DNA of 64,000 nt, taken from positions 1-64,000 of the IMG/VR virus record IMGVR_UViG_3300032297_000199. The stretch is one strand, 5' to 3'. Shown one piece after another: positions 26,412 to 36,016 of the stretch. Position numbers and translations under genes: made by a program. The notes beneath the pieces were generated by a model that was given only the letters and a program-made list of their open reading frames with translations, was not told where the DNA came from and did no database searches. The DNA is from a virus. Numbering within the stretch: position 1 is the stretch's first letter; every line of letters starts with the position of its first letter.

Positions 26412-27513
26412 TTTTTCCGAGCGGAAAATACTCCGTGCCAGGAGTGGGGTTACCGGGCATTGCTGGGCTATAATAATTAGAAACTCCGTCCGAATCCGGA
26501 ATCCAAAGAACACGAACATCACTCCAGTTTCCTACAGCATTTTGGTAAACAATTTTTGTAGTAGGTGTAGAATAAGTTAGTTCTGCAAGAGTAGTATAAT
26601 TAGCAAATGTCCCCGGGTTGTTTTCCAAAGTTGCTTGAATTTTAATAGTACCCTTAAACGCATTTAGATGCATAGCTATAGTTGTCAACTGATTAAGCTC
26701 AGGATACCCTCTTAAATTTCCTGTGTAGAAATTATATTTTAACTGATTTTGATTGTAGTATTTTTGCCAGCTAGTAATTTCTAATGTTGGCTTAGGAGTT
26801 GGAAATACATCGTGTGTTAATCGTAATTGACCATTAATTCCGTAGTACACATTACTATAAGTAGGGAGGTCTGCTCCGTCTGCATCTGTACTAGTAACGC
26901 TAAAATTATAGTAAGTGGATTCTAAATTTCTAGTGTCATTTTCAGTCAGTGTTAATAGTGCTAATCCTCTAGAACTAGTTGTTATACCGTCATCTGTAAC
27001 TTCGACATTTTTTCGAACAATTAAAGTATTGTTAGTGCTGTCAAACATATTAAACACATAATTCTGCCCAAATACAATACTAGTACCGCTTGATATAGGT
27101 TTAAGAATAGGACTTAAGAAACTATCAGTGTCTGGATTGTATGCAGGATTTTGATTATAAACAGTCACTTGTGTTCCGTTTATTTCAGATACATAAGTGC
27201 CAGGTTGGAATGTGGGGTCATCAGCGTTGTCTGCAGAAATAGTAGGAAACATTCCCACTTTAATATTAGTTGTAGTTGTTAGATTAAGGACAAAAGTTCC
27301 TGTAGTAATAGGGCCAGCAGTTGGAGCAATACCCTTAATCCTTACAGGTTTCTGATCAGCATTCTTAAACTGAAGTTGAACTTTGTTTTTAAGTCCTTTT
27401 TGTATTTTTAATTCGCGCTGATACATAGTGTTATAGGCTCCCCTAATCCCTTCGTCCAAACTTAGTTGCAGTTCCAGAAGATTGGAATATAAATAGATTG
27501 GTAATTTCTGCAT
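26386..27513 (-). CDS. putative virion structural protein (start moved to MQKLPIY)
   Basis: Beta-rich, T/N-rich; TAAATA 7 nt before ATG 27513. Confidence 0.7.
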   Translation of the reverse strand: MQKLPIYLYSNLLELQLSLDEGIRGAYNTMYQRELKIQKGLKNKVQLQFKNADQKPVRIKGIAPTAGPITTGTFVLNLTTTTNIKVGMFPTISADNADDPTFQPGTYVSEINGTQVTVYNQNPAYNPDTDSFLSPILKPISSGTSIVFGQNYVFNMFDSTNNTLIVRKNVEVTDDGITTSSRGLALLTLTENDTRNLESTYYNFSVTSTDADGADLPTYSNVYYGINGQLRLTHDVFPTPKPTLEITSWQKYYNQNQLKYNFYTGNLRGYPELNQLTTIAMHLNAFKGTIKIQATLENNPGTFANYTTLAELTYSTPTTKIVYQNAVGNWSDVRVLWIPDSDGVSNYYSPAMPGNPTPGTEYFPLGKIDKVQYRS

Positions 27514-27531
27514 AGGTATATATTTATTGTA

Positions 27532-27915
27532 ATGACAACTAAGGACGGCTTCGAAAAACAATTCCCTTTCATAACCTGTATTAAGACTACAGATAATGAA
27601 TATATAGGAATCTTAATAAATCTAGATGACAATGTCACGAGTATCTACGATCTAAGTACAATCAAGACTGATACAGAGCGTCAACTTTTTCTAGAAATGG
27701 GAGAAACTTGGTGGTGGGAGAGCAATAGAAAAATACCTATTAATATTTTTTTAAAGCAAGAAATGGTAGCATTCAGAGGGTACATCAAAACTTTTAATAG
27801 TAAAGATGTAGAGGTAGTATTCGGACCAATAGTAAATCTAAGCGAGATCGCAGAAAAAAGAGTTAAACGAAAAAGTATTCAACTCGTTAGAACTGTTAAG
27901 AAAATCCGTAGCTAA
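27532..27915 (+). CDS. hypothetical protein
   Basis: ORF; TATAAATA at 27488-27495 upstream. Confidence 0.75.
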   Translation: MTTKDGFEKQFPFITCIKTTDNEYIGILINLDDNVTSIYDLSTIKTDTERQLFLEMGETWWWESNRKIPINIFLKQEMVAFRGYIKTFNSKDVEVVFGPIVNLSEIAEKRVKRKSIQLVRTVKKIRS

Positions 27916-28474
27916 TTCTTTCGCAAATTAGATTAAGTTGTAATACAATTAAATGGGCATAACCAACAGCATGACTTTTCTTAAAATAATAGGCGTCTTC
28001 TGTTTTAATCCAGACTTCATTGTCGAGCGCCTTGAAACCTTTTTCCTTACATACTGGGATGAGGTGCTTTTTACCAGGCCTAATCAAAGCAAGGACAATG
28101 GCTAGTTCTTCAATACTAGCAGGCTTTAATTCTTTCATCAAATTGTGATAACCGTTAATATGGAATAGTTGATCACATACTTCTTTTTCGTACATTAAAT
28201 CCCACAGCGGTTCTACACTAAGCAATTGATTAATATGTTCTTCGCTAGTCACTCCCGAATAGGCGCTAACATTTAAAAAGTCTATTTTAAAATAACCTCT
28301 TTCTTCTGCTTGTTCATACGGGATAGATGCCAAACCTGTTAACGGGTTAACTGGAATTTCGTGACAATACACTCCAGTATTGTGCTTCTTTCCGTCTGGC
28401 AAACTTGCAGGAATATGCTTAATAATTTTAAGCACTTCTGTCCTATCTCGGAAGTCAATATCGATATCAGGCAA
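27896..28474 (-). CDS. miniature DNA polymerase III alpha (DnaE)-like protein
   Basis: PDIDIDF, H.TGV, KIDFL, ALIRPG and Y.FKKSHA.GY motifs in DnaE order. Confidence 0.85.
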   Translation of the reverse strand: MPDIDIDFRDRTEVLKIIKHIPASLPDGKKHNTGVYCHEIPVNPLTGLASIPYEQAEERGYFKIDFLNVSAYSGVTSEEHINQLLSVEPLWDLMYEKEVCDQLFHINGYHNLMKELKPASIEELAIVLALIRPGKKHLIPVCKEKGFKALDNEVWIKTEDAYYFKKSHAVGYAHLIVLQLNLICERISYGFS

Positions 28475-29162
28475 TTCCGGCCTCCTTACATATTTCTTTT
28501 ACTAAAGCAGTGTCACCTGGATTATCTTTAAACTTCTTCAGCCAGAATGCAACATCAAATGCAGGTGTAATCAATTCTAATTGATCGTCGTTAAACTTAT
28601 TCACCATTTCTTTTCCGCTCTTACAGTTAAGTACGATCCAGGGAGATACAAGACCGTTTCTAATATCCTGTACTGCTCTGTTTAAATTGACATACAAGAA
28701 GTAATGTTCAAATGCCGCTCCACTTGTATCAGCCCAATCCATCATATGTTGTATGCTTCGTTGAACAGCAGACTCTACTGGCTCAACTTTTAGTAAGTCA
28801 TACAAATACTTTTCGTAAAGTTCATCCCTGCACCAATGATCTAATTTAACTCCACTCTTAATTACATATACAACAAATCGTTCAGGATATAGCGGATTTA
28901 CATTATTGATGAAACTTCCGAATTTTACAAACGCATTATAGAAAGAACTCTTACAAAACTCTTCATATGTTTTTTGTTTTCTAGAATTTTGTGTTAATTT
29001 ATAAAACTGATCAAATGCATAAAAACCTGTCTGTACTCTTTTCTCATCTTTTTGCAAGACGCGGCGTTTAGGCTCACACATGTGAGCAATTAAAGTTTTT
29101 TCTTTCATAAACTTTTTGCCACAATGTACACAGTCGTAAGGTTGATCAGCCAAAGTTATCAC
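28467..29162 (-). CDS. hypothetical protein with an N-terminal zinc finger
   Basis: CVHC-x12-HMC. Confidence 0.75.
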   Translation of the reverse strand: MITLADQPYDCVHCGKKFMKEKTLIAHMCEPKRRVLQKDEKRVQTGFYAFDQFYKLTQNSRKQKTYEEFCKSSFYNAFVKFGSFINNVNPLYPERFVVYVIKSGVKLDHWCRDELYEKYLYDLLKVEPVESAVQRSIQHMMDWADTSGAAFEHYFLYVNLNRAVQDIRNGLVSPWIVLNCKSGKEMVNKFNDDQLELITPAFDVAFWLKKFKDNPGDTALVKEICKEAGIA

Positions 29163-29623
29163 TCGTATTCTTTCCGTTGTTTCTTGTCAAATCCCATCTT
29201 ATCAAACAACTCTTCTTTGTCTTTTTTATCCATCATCGATGCCAGTATTTTAATTTCTCCCATCTTCATAGTAGGATACAGTTCTACTAGCAATTTCTCA
29301 ATCTTGTTTGCTTTTTCTTTTTTGCCGGCAGCAAGATAAGGATGATAGAAGTTAGAACCGATTCCAGTAGCGGCAAATAGTTTCCATAGGAGAGCTTTAT
29401 GATTCTTACTTAATAGCCAATGATTTTTATTAACATACTCGTTAGTAGTTTCAATAAACCATTCTTGTATATCTCTGTCTGCTTGTACATTACTAGTGTA
29501 CCGCATTAAAATAAATGGACTAAATGCTTTCTTTTCTTCGTCTGTTAAGTTGTCATAAAAATTGTAGTTCTTTTGATCTACAGCATTAAGTTCTCGTTTA
29601 ATATCTAGTTTTGCTGTTGCCAT
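29159..29623 (-). CDS. putative clamp-loader small subunit (gp62-like)
   Basis: K.FSPFILMRY.S pattern, size and replication context; start moved to MATAKL. Confidence 0.5.
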   Translation of the reverse strand: MATAKLDIKRELNAVDQKNYNFYDNLTDEEKKAFSPFILMRYTSNVQADRDIQEWFIETTNEYVNKNHWLLSKNHKALLWKLFAATGIGSNFYHPYLAAGKKEKANKIEKLLVELYPTMKMGEIKILASMMDKKDKEELFDKMGFDKKQRKEYE

Positions 29624-29916
29624 TATACTGGATGCCAATCTGGTGGTAGTGGATTATCTTTACTTAGATGATATATTATTATACACTGATCAAGTGCTTT
29701 TTGTAAAGCAGGATTATTCTTAGATGCTCGTCGAATCTCGCCCCATAATTTAGCATCCATGATGTGTTCGCGTAGAGGCCTACCGTCTTCAGTTCGAGGA
29801 TCGTAATCGTATCCAATTTCTTTCCTTGTGCTAGGATCGGACCCAATTTCGCGAGCATAAACAGTTCCTTTATCTCGCTCGTATATGTATGTTGCACCAG
29901 GTTTAAGACTGCCCAT
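29623..29916 (-). CDS. hypothetical protein
   Basis: ORF in a tightly packed operon. Confidence 0.75.
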   Translation of the reverse strand: MGSLKPGATYIYERDKGTVYAREIGSDPSTRKEIGYDYDPRTEDGRPLREHIMDAKLWGEIRRASKNNPALQKALDQCIIIYHLSKDNPLPPDWHPV

Positions 29917-29919
29917 AAT

Positions 29920-30423
29920 TTACCAACATTTAGTGTAATCTACAATCTCGCTTTGGCGGCTAACTTCTTTAACAAAGAACGCACAAGGAGGTGCCTCTCC
30001 TGCTCGAAGGGGAGTTGTTAATAGTTGTCCAGGTTTCATTTTGGGAAAATACCATTTAACATCTTGATACACATTAATGATATCAATCTCATGAAATTCT
30101 GGTCTAAAACTACTTAATGGATTAAAACAAAATGTCTTAAATCCTCTATCATTCAAACTTGTTAAAGGTAGCACTTCCATGTCCGGACCTTCCGGATCGC
30201 CAACAATAGTACACCAGTCTAACGGCATGTTAACTGTATATGGACCTACTTTAAGTACTGCCGCCGGTGCAGTAAATGATTCTAAAAAGATTAGAGGAAT
30301 ATAAAAATAGTCAGGATTTTGAGGATCACTGTTATCAAATACTGAGAATCGTAAGTCGTCCTCTAATTCCTCTGGGAGGTCATTGAGATAATATGTTTTG
30401 TTTTCTAATACTAGTATTTGCAT
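29920..30423 (-). CDS. hypothetical protein
   Basis: TAATG coupling to uvsW. Confidence 0.8.
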   Translation of the reverse strand: MQILVLENKTYYLNDLPEELEDDLRFSVFDNSDPQNPDYFYIPLIFLESFTAPAAVLKVGPYTVNMPLDWCTIVGDPEGPDMEVLPLTSLNDRGFKTFCFNPLSSFRPEFHEIDIINVYQDVKWYFPKMKPGQLLTTPLRAGEAPPCAFFVKEVSRQSEIVDYTKCW

Positions 30424-31904
30424 TAATACTTTACCTTTTCTATTGTAAATGGGTATTGAGCTTCTTTGTAGAATCTCTTTCGTTCTGTTAAGTGTTTTTT
30501 AGCATATTTCGAACTTGCTGTCAAGTCCCAGATCTGGACGAAGTCCTTGTCGTCAGCTTTTCTAATGCCTCGCCCAATACTTTGTATAACCCGTGTAAAG
30601 CTCTTTCCGGACTCCAAAAGAACCAGATTAAAAATCCTAGGAATATTAATGCCCACAGCGGCCACACCGTAAGTCGCCACAATAATCTTGTTAGTGCTTG
30701 TTTTAATTTCGTCATATTCTTCTTTTCGATCTTTAGTTTTTACAGACCCAGAAATAAACGCAACATCCGGTTCTTCTTTTTGTATGCTGAATAACTCACT
30801 TAAATTTGTTTGTAAAAAATTACCACTTTCAATTCTATCTACTAGAACTAGGGTGTTTCCTGAGTTAGAAATTTGTTTAATTAGTTTAGAAATCCATGTC
30901 ATTCTATCAGTATCAGTGACTAGGAATTTTAATTCAGAAGCGTAACTCTCAAATTCTTTCCACTCTGCTGTTTGAATAATGTTTACATGACATTGACTCA
31001 ATACACCTTTTTCTTGTAACTCATGTGCGGCAACTCTATGAACTACTTCACCTAAGCTAACTTTGATATTTTGGAAGTCAATATCGTCTTTAGGAATGGT
31101 ACCAGTTAATCCCCAACGAATAGGCGCATTAGCAATGTTTTGTGTAAGTAATCTTTTTAAGACATCTGCCTTTGCCATGTGAACTTCGTCAACCATAACT
31201 GTAGACACGCCATCTAAGAATTCTGCTAGGCTTAACAAGTCATCATTATCCTTGGATTTTTTGTCTAAAATATTGAGACTCTGCCAAGTACAAATAGTGT
31301 GTGTTCTTCCTAGTTCTTTTCTATCACCGTAGTACACACCTACATCTAATTTACAGTTAATAAAGTCTTCTTCTGTTTGTTCAACTAAACTCTTGTTAGG
31401 GACAATGGTTATTGTTCGACCATATTTTTCACAGATTTTACTCAAAGTTGCAGTGGTAATTGTCTTACCAAAGCCTGTGGCAATTTCTTGAATACACTGA
31501 GGATTCTCAAGAAACTTATTTACTACTTCGACCTGATCATCACGAAGTCTAATCTTCTCTCCGGCAAATCTATGTCCTTCCGGCCATGTTTGATCACCCC
31601 AAAAATCTTCGGAAATTTTGGTGAAATTTAGTGGTACTGAAACACGGTGATCTTCGACGATTGGATCGTAGCCAGCACTAACCAGTTCTTCTACCACCTC
31701 AGGTAATAGACTCATGTATGTTGCGCCGCCTAGACCGAAGAAGCTGGTGCATCCATCCCACCTACCTAGTTTGTAAGCAGGAAGATATCGAGCTTTTTGG
31801 TCAAAATATTTGAATTTTTTGACCAGATTTTTCCTGGTATCTAAATCCAGGTTTTCAATTTTAACATTGACCTCGTCTTTTATGACAATTCTACATGTGG
31901 CCAC
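30423..31904 (-). CDS. uvsW: UvsW-like SF2 helicase
   Basis: ATGFGKT, DEVH, TGT, QSIGRGIR. Confidence 0.9.
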   Translation of the reverse strand: MATCRIVIKDEVNVKIENLDLDTRKNLVKKFKYFDQKARYLPAYKLGRWDGCTSFFGLGGATYMSLLPEVVEELVSAGYDPIVEDHRVSVPLNFTKISEDFWGDQTWPEGHRFAGEKIRLRDDQVEVVNKFLENPQCIQEIATGFGKTITTATLSKICEKYGRTITIVPNKSLVEQTEEDFINCKLDVGVYYGDRKELGRTHTICTWQSLNILDKKSKDNDDLLSLAEFLDGVSTVMVDEVHMAKADVLKRLLTQNIANAPIRWGLTGTIPKDDIDFQNIKVSLGEVVHRVAAHELQEKGVLSQCHVNIIQTAEWKEFESYASELKFLVTDTDRMTWISKLIKQISNSGNTLVLVDRIESGNFLQTNLSELFSIQKEEPDVAFISGSVKTKDRKEEYDEIKTSTNKIIVATYGVAAVGINIPRIFNLVLLESGKSFTRVIQSIGRGIRKADDKDFVQIWDLTASSKYAKKHLTERKRFYKEAQYPFTIEKVKY

Positions 31905-33100
31905 TTAGTAACTCCCTTTGTTGCTTTGCTATTATACACAATTATATCAGGGAAGTCTTGTAAAAAGGATGTCAGCGTGTAATGAGCGGTGTTCATTGAA
32001 CCTAAATTGATAACACTATTAAACTGTATTCCGCTCTTGATCACAGGCTTAGGTAATTTTTGACTCACAAACACAAATTTAGTGTCTTCGCTTATTGGAC
32101 TGTTAAGTCCATAATCTTTCACTAATTCGTTAAACATCCTATCATTACCGTTCTCAGTCCTAAACATCACAGAAACCTGATTTTTCTGGAAATTTTGTGA
32201 ATTTAAGAAACTCCACCATTTTTTTAGGTTAGCAATTTCTGTGCCTGCTGGTATGATAACCAAGCAAGGACTAGCATATCTAACTATGTCTGAAAAATGT
32301 TCAATTTCATACTTTTCCGAATCAACCTCTAATCTTATCTTCCCAGTAGTAGACAAGAATTTTCTGGTTAATTTGGGAATTTCCAGGTTTTTTATGGTAT
32401 CATTGATATCTTCGTCCCATACACTAATACCGTACCGTTTAGCATGGAAAAGAGTTTCTAATAAACCTAAACCTCTCGGTTGGGGAATCGAAGGGTGTGT
32501 ATTAACATATGAAAATTCTTCACCGTTTGATGTCAAACGAGGCACATATCGGTCAAAATCTGCCGAAATTTCTTCAAGTTGAGACCATATTTCGTCAAAT
32601 TTTTCACAGGTAGCAAAACCAGTAGGAACTAGTACATTCTTTATGTAATCCACACTTCCTTCGGTTAAAGAAAACATCCAAGCCTTAGCTTCACTGTCCC
32701 AAGTAGCATTGTCCGGAGCTGACCTACTGTTCCATGCCCGTAGCTCAGATAGCAATTTTTCATCGTATGGGAAGGAAACTTTGATAGATTTCAGTCTATC
32801 TTGTTCAACCACTTCGACCTTTTTAGACTGTATGGCAATTTTTCGGATAGGTAGCCTAAAAGTTGGATTGTCAGTAAAAACAGTGATATCCTTCCCGAGG
32901 ACTACTGATAGCTGGACTCTATATTTTTTACAAAATTTAACTGCTAGTGAGGATTGCTTCTCACTTAGTCCGTAACCTCGAAGAATTTGGTCAGAAAAAC
33001 TGGAGAGGAGAGGTTGATCTCTGGTCTCTATGTCCAGAGGTGGTAGAAAAAGATATTGACCGCTACTTGAAAGACGATCAATTAGGTCTTCAATGTACAT
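31880..33100 (-). CDS. hypothetical protein
   Basis: 406-aa ORF between uvsY and uvsW. Confidence 0.8.
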   Translation of the reverse strand: MYIEDLIDRLSSSGQYLFLPPLDIETRDQPLLSSFSDQILRGYGLSEKQSSLAVKFCKKYRVQLSVVLGKDITVFTDNPTFRLPIRKIAIQSKKVEVVEQDRLKSIKVSFPYDEKLLSELRAWNSRSAPDNATWDSEAKAWMFSLTEGSVDYIKNVLVPTGFATCEKFDEIWSQLEEISADFDRYVPRLTSNGEEFSYVNTHPSIPQPRGLGLLETLFHAKRYGISVWDEDINDTIKNLEIPKLTRKFLSTTGKIRLEVDSEKYEIEHFSDIVRYASPCLVIIPAGTEIANLKKWWSFLNSQNFQKNQVSVMFRTENGNDRMFNELVKDYGLNSPISEDTKFVFVSQKLPKPVIKSGIQFNSVINLGSMNTAHYTLTSFLQDFPDIIVYNSKATKGVTKWPHVELS

Positions 33101-33108
33101 AGCGCACC

Positions 33109-33564
33109 TTAAATTGAGATATCTTCCATACCTGCTGTACGGAGTTTGATAATGTTACTCAACTGCCACTGTTTTATGTCTAAACCTTTGATAATACCTA
33201 ACCATTGGTTCCTTAACAGGGCAAACTCGTTAATAATTTTTTCCATATCAACTACATCGGCTTCACCTTCGACATATTTTTCAACATCTCGGCTACTTAA
33301 TGCTCGTTGATAGTTTTCTAGATATTTTTTGAATGTCTTTGAACGAAGCCTGCGGAGCTCAATGTTCAAATATTCTAAAATTCCTTCAATTTCTTGAAGT
33401 TGATTGAATCGTTGTTCAACAATTCCTGGAAGATTGGCGGAAGCCTTTTCTATGTTACCATATACTTTGACTTCTCGCCTTGCTTCTTCAATTTGAGTAT
33501 AGTAATAATCAATACAGGCTGGAAGATGAGCAATATCCTTGCTCACCTTTGAGTACCAATTCAT
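33109..33564 (-). CDS. uvsY: UvsY-like recombination mediator
   Basis: Helical ~150 aa with YVEGE.D and K.WQL.N.IKL; next to uvsX and uvsW. Confidence 0.75.
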   Translation of the reverse strand: MNWYSKVSKDIAHLPACIDYYYTQIEEARREVKVYGNIEKASANLPGIVEQRFNQLQEIEGILEYLNIELRRLRSKTFKKYLENYQRALSSRDVEKYVEGEADVVDMEKIINEFALLRNQWLGIIKGLDIKQWQLSNIIKLRTAGMEDISI

Positions 33565-33812
33565 TAATAGTCCTCGTCTTCCTCATAGTATCCGTCGTCT
33601 TCCTCAGAATCGAACTCTGCCTCTTCGTCAACAACCAATTTGATTGCTTCGTCTAGGTGAGGATCGTATCCCATGAAACCTTCGAGTACCGATGTTTCGA
33701 CATCTTTGCTCAATAAGAAATTAACATACTGATTAGCTGCCATTTCTTTATTTTTGTCAGGGATATATTCACGGAATGTATCCCATAATTCCATAATTAA
33801 ACTATCATCCAT
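33564..33812 (-). CDS. small acidic hypothetical protein
   Basis: Coupled ORF with a D/E-rich tail. Confidence 0.75.
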   Translation of the reverse strand: MDDSLIMELWDTFREYIPDKNKEMAANQYVNFLLSKDVETSVLEGFMGYDPHLDEAIKLVVDEEAEFDSEEDDGYYEEDEDY

Positions 33813-34864
33813 TATGCTTCCTCGGTTTCTTCTACAATTGTGATATCAACAGTTGGCTCAACCCACTCATCCATGATGAGTTTTAGTTTGTCTTCAGTCC
33901 ATTGCTTGCGGAAATGTGACTGAACTTCTCCTGTCGTCTTACTTATATATTGTAGCTTATTTCCTGATTTTGTCAAGACACCTTTAGCTTCAAATAAGTC
34001 CACTAAACCGCTTGTCGGAGCCATGCCAGTTGTATATGGGATTTCAACTTGAACTGATTCAAACGGTTTTGCATAACGAGTTTTCATAATCTTACAAGCG
34101 GAACGGATACCGTTAACTGTTGTAGTCTTATTACCATCTGCGTCTGTCTTCAACTTCAACTTACGCATAGCAACTACAATAGATGATGCATAAATGAAAC
34201 CTTGACCACCTGAGATCTTATCATCTGGATCAAACATATCCTGACTAGCGTAGGTGTGGTTAGTACAAACTAAACCAACATTGTAGCTACCAAACATGTT
34301 AACACAATTACGAACAAGTGAAGTAAGTGCTTTAGGTTTACGGCCCATATCACCTTTCATTTCACCTGCTTCGAACTGATTTACATCAGTAGGAGTAAGC
34401 AACATGCCTAAAGAATCAATAACAAATAAGACCTTTGTGCGATCTTCAACCGCCATTGCTTTATATTCTTTCATGAACTCGGAAATGGTTTTAGCCACAT
34501 CGTCAATCATTGCCATGTTAAGTTTTAGAAGTTTATCTTCTGTAGTTTGAACACCTAACGCATGTAACCATGCTTCGTCAAGTGCGTTTTCGCTGTCAAC
34601 TAAGATAACAAAAATACCTTGTTCCTGTGCTGCCTTGATAATGTTACCAGAACAGATATAACTCTTTCCGGCGCCACTTTCTCCGGCAAACACAGTCACC
34701 TTACCCAGAGGAACTCCTTTGTTGAAGTCCCCTGAGATAAGATAGTTAAGGGCATAGTTACCAGTTGAAATCCAGTCAGTTGGATCGTTAAATCCAATAC
34801 CTAAGCCGTCGATAGACTTAGTGATAGATTTACGAAACTTAGAGATATCAAATGCTTTTGCCAT
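33812..34864 (-). CDS. uvsX: RecA/UvsX recombinase
   Basis: GESGAGKS, DSE.A, VIDSLG, SGG.G..YASS. Confidence 0.92.
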   Translation of the reverse strand: MAKAFDISKFRKSITKSIDGLGIGFNDPTDWISTGNYALNYLISGDFNKGVPLGKVTVFAGESGAGKSYICSGNIIKAAQEQGIFVILVDSENALDEAWLHALGVQTTEDKLLKLNMAMIDDVAKTISEFMKEYKAMAVEDRTKVLFVIDSLGMLLTPTDVNQFEAGEMKGDMGRKPKALTSLVRNCVNMFGSYNVGLVCTNHTYASQDMFDPDDKISGGQGFIYASSIVVAMRKLKLKTDADGNKTTTVNGIRSACKIMKTRYAKPFESVQVEIPYTTGMAPTSGLVDLFEAKGVLTKSGNKLQYISKTTGEVQSHFRKQWTEDKLKLIMDEWVEPTVDITIVEETEEA

Positions 34865-34875
34865 TATCTATCTCC

Positions 34876-35871
34876 TTATTCAGACTTGTTGCGGTTACGA
34901 ATCATTGCCAAGATATCTTGAGCACGACTACCAGCTTCTGACTTTTCTGCTACAGGAGCAGCCTCAGCAACTTTAGCGGGTGCTGATGCCGCTTGTTCAA
35001 AAGGGGGATCTTCGTCGTCCAAGTTAACAGGAGCAGGTGCTGCCTTAGAAGCAGAAGCTGCCGGTGTAGCATCGCCGCCTTTAGAGCTGTAGCCTGCTGG
35101 TTTGAAGTATTGACCCCAACGATCCATGTCAAATGCTTCACCGTCAACTGACGCTTCGAACATTTCCTTGATAACTTTGAGTTCAACATCTCCGGGCTTC
35201 TTGGGCAAGAAGTCTTTCAAGTTAAAGACACCGTGTGTCTTAATTGCTTCATTTTCTTCATCACTCAATGCTCGTTCACGACGGGCCCAGTTTGAAGTAG
35301 AGTAGTCAGCATAACCGCCCTTGCTAGTTTTTGTGATACGGAAATCTGTACCACGCAAGTAGTCTGTTGGCAATTCTTCCATATCTGGATCAAGTAATGC
35401 TGCCTTGATAATATTGAAGATCTGACTGCCGATGATGAATCGACGAATTGGGTTTTCAGGAGTTTTATCTTCCTGCAATTTACTTTCAACAACAAAACCT
35501 TGGAACAAGTAACTACGCTTTTTCCAGTACTTACGACCCATTTCTTCTAATGCCTTGTCCTTGAACCAAGGACGAACCTCAGTAAGAATTGGGCAAGTCT
35601 CATTCCACATTTCCATACAAGGAACTTGTACTGTAACTGGTTTTGAGTTTGCTTCACCTTTAACACCGGCGAAAGGCAATTTGATCATTGCTCGTTCAAT
35701 CCAGAAGAATGTGTTATTAGGATCTGCGTCAGGGAGGAATCGGACTGTTGCGGATGAACCTTCTTGAATATTCCAGTGTGGAAATATTGCATTGTCACCA
35801 CCACCGGATTGCCCGGTTTGTCCTGCTTGCGAAGCTTGAAGTTTTGCGCGAATTTCTGCTAAAGTTGCCAT
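34876..35871 (-). CDS. single-stranded DNA-binding protein (gp32-like)
   Basis: VRFLP, C...CP, G.DF.I.K...GYADY..S; acidic/Ala-rich tail. Confidence 0.88.
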   Translation of the reverse strand: MATLAEIRAKLQASQAGQTGQSGGGDNAIFPHWNIQEGSSATVRFLPDADPNNTFFWIERAMIKLPFAGVKGEANSKPVTVQVPCMEMWNETCPILTEVRPWFKDKALEEMGRKYWKKRSYLFQGFVVESKLQEDKTPENPIRRFIIGSQIFNIIKAALLDPDMEELPTDYLRGTDFRITKTSKGGYADYSTSNWARRERALSDEENEAIKTHGVFNLKDFLPKKPGDVELKVIKEMFEASVDGEAFDMDRWGQYFKPAGYSSKGGDATPAASASKAAPAPVNLDDEDPPFEQAASAPAKVAEAAPVAEKSEAGSRAQDILAMIRNRNKSE

Positions 35872-35924
35872 AATGTTTTTCCTTAATGTTTAATTTTATG
35901 TGCCATTTCTTTAAAGCCCACTGA

Positions 35925-35970
35925 CTAAAAAGAAAAAGTGCATATAGTTAACTATACGCACTTCTATTTA
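35925..35970 (-). promoter_or_regulatory. late promoter plus hairpin/U-tract upstream of the SSB gene
   Basis: TAAATA (35970-35965), then AAGTGCGTATAG-TTAA-CTATATGCACTT and TTTCTTTTT on the minus strand. Confidence 0.55.
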
Positions 35971-36016
35971 TCTTTGCAACCTATATGGTTACTAAAATTG
36001 GTTTATTTTTGCCAAT

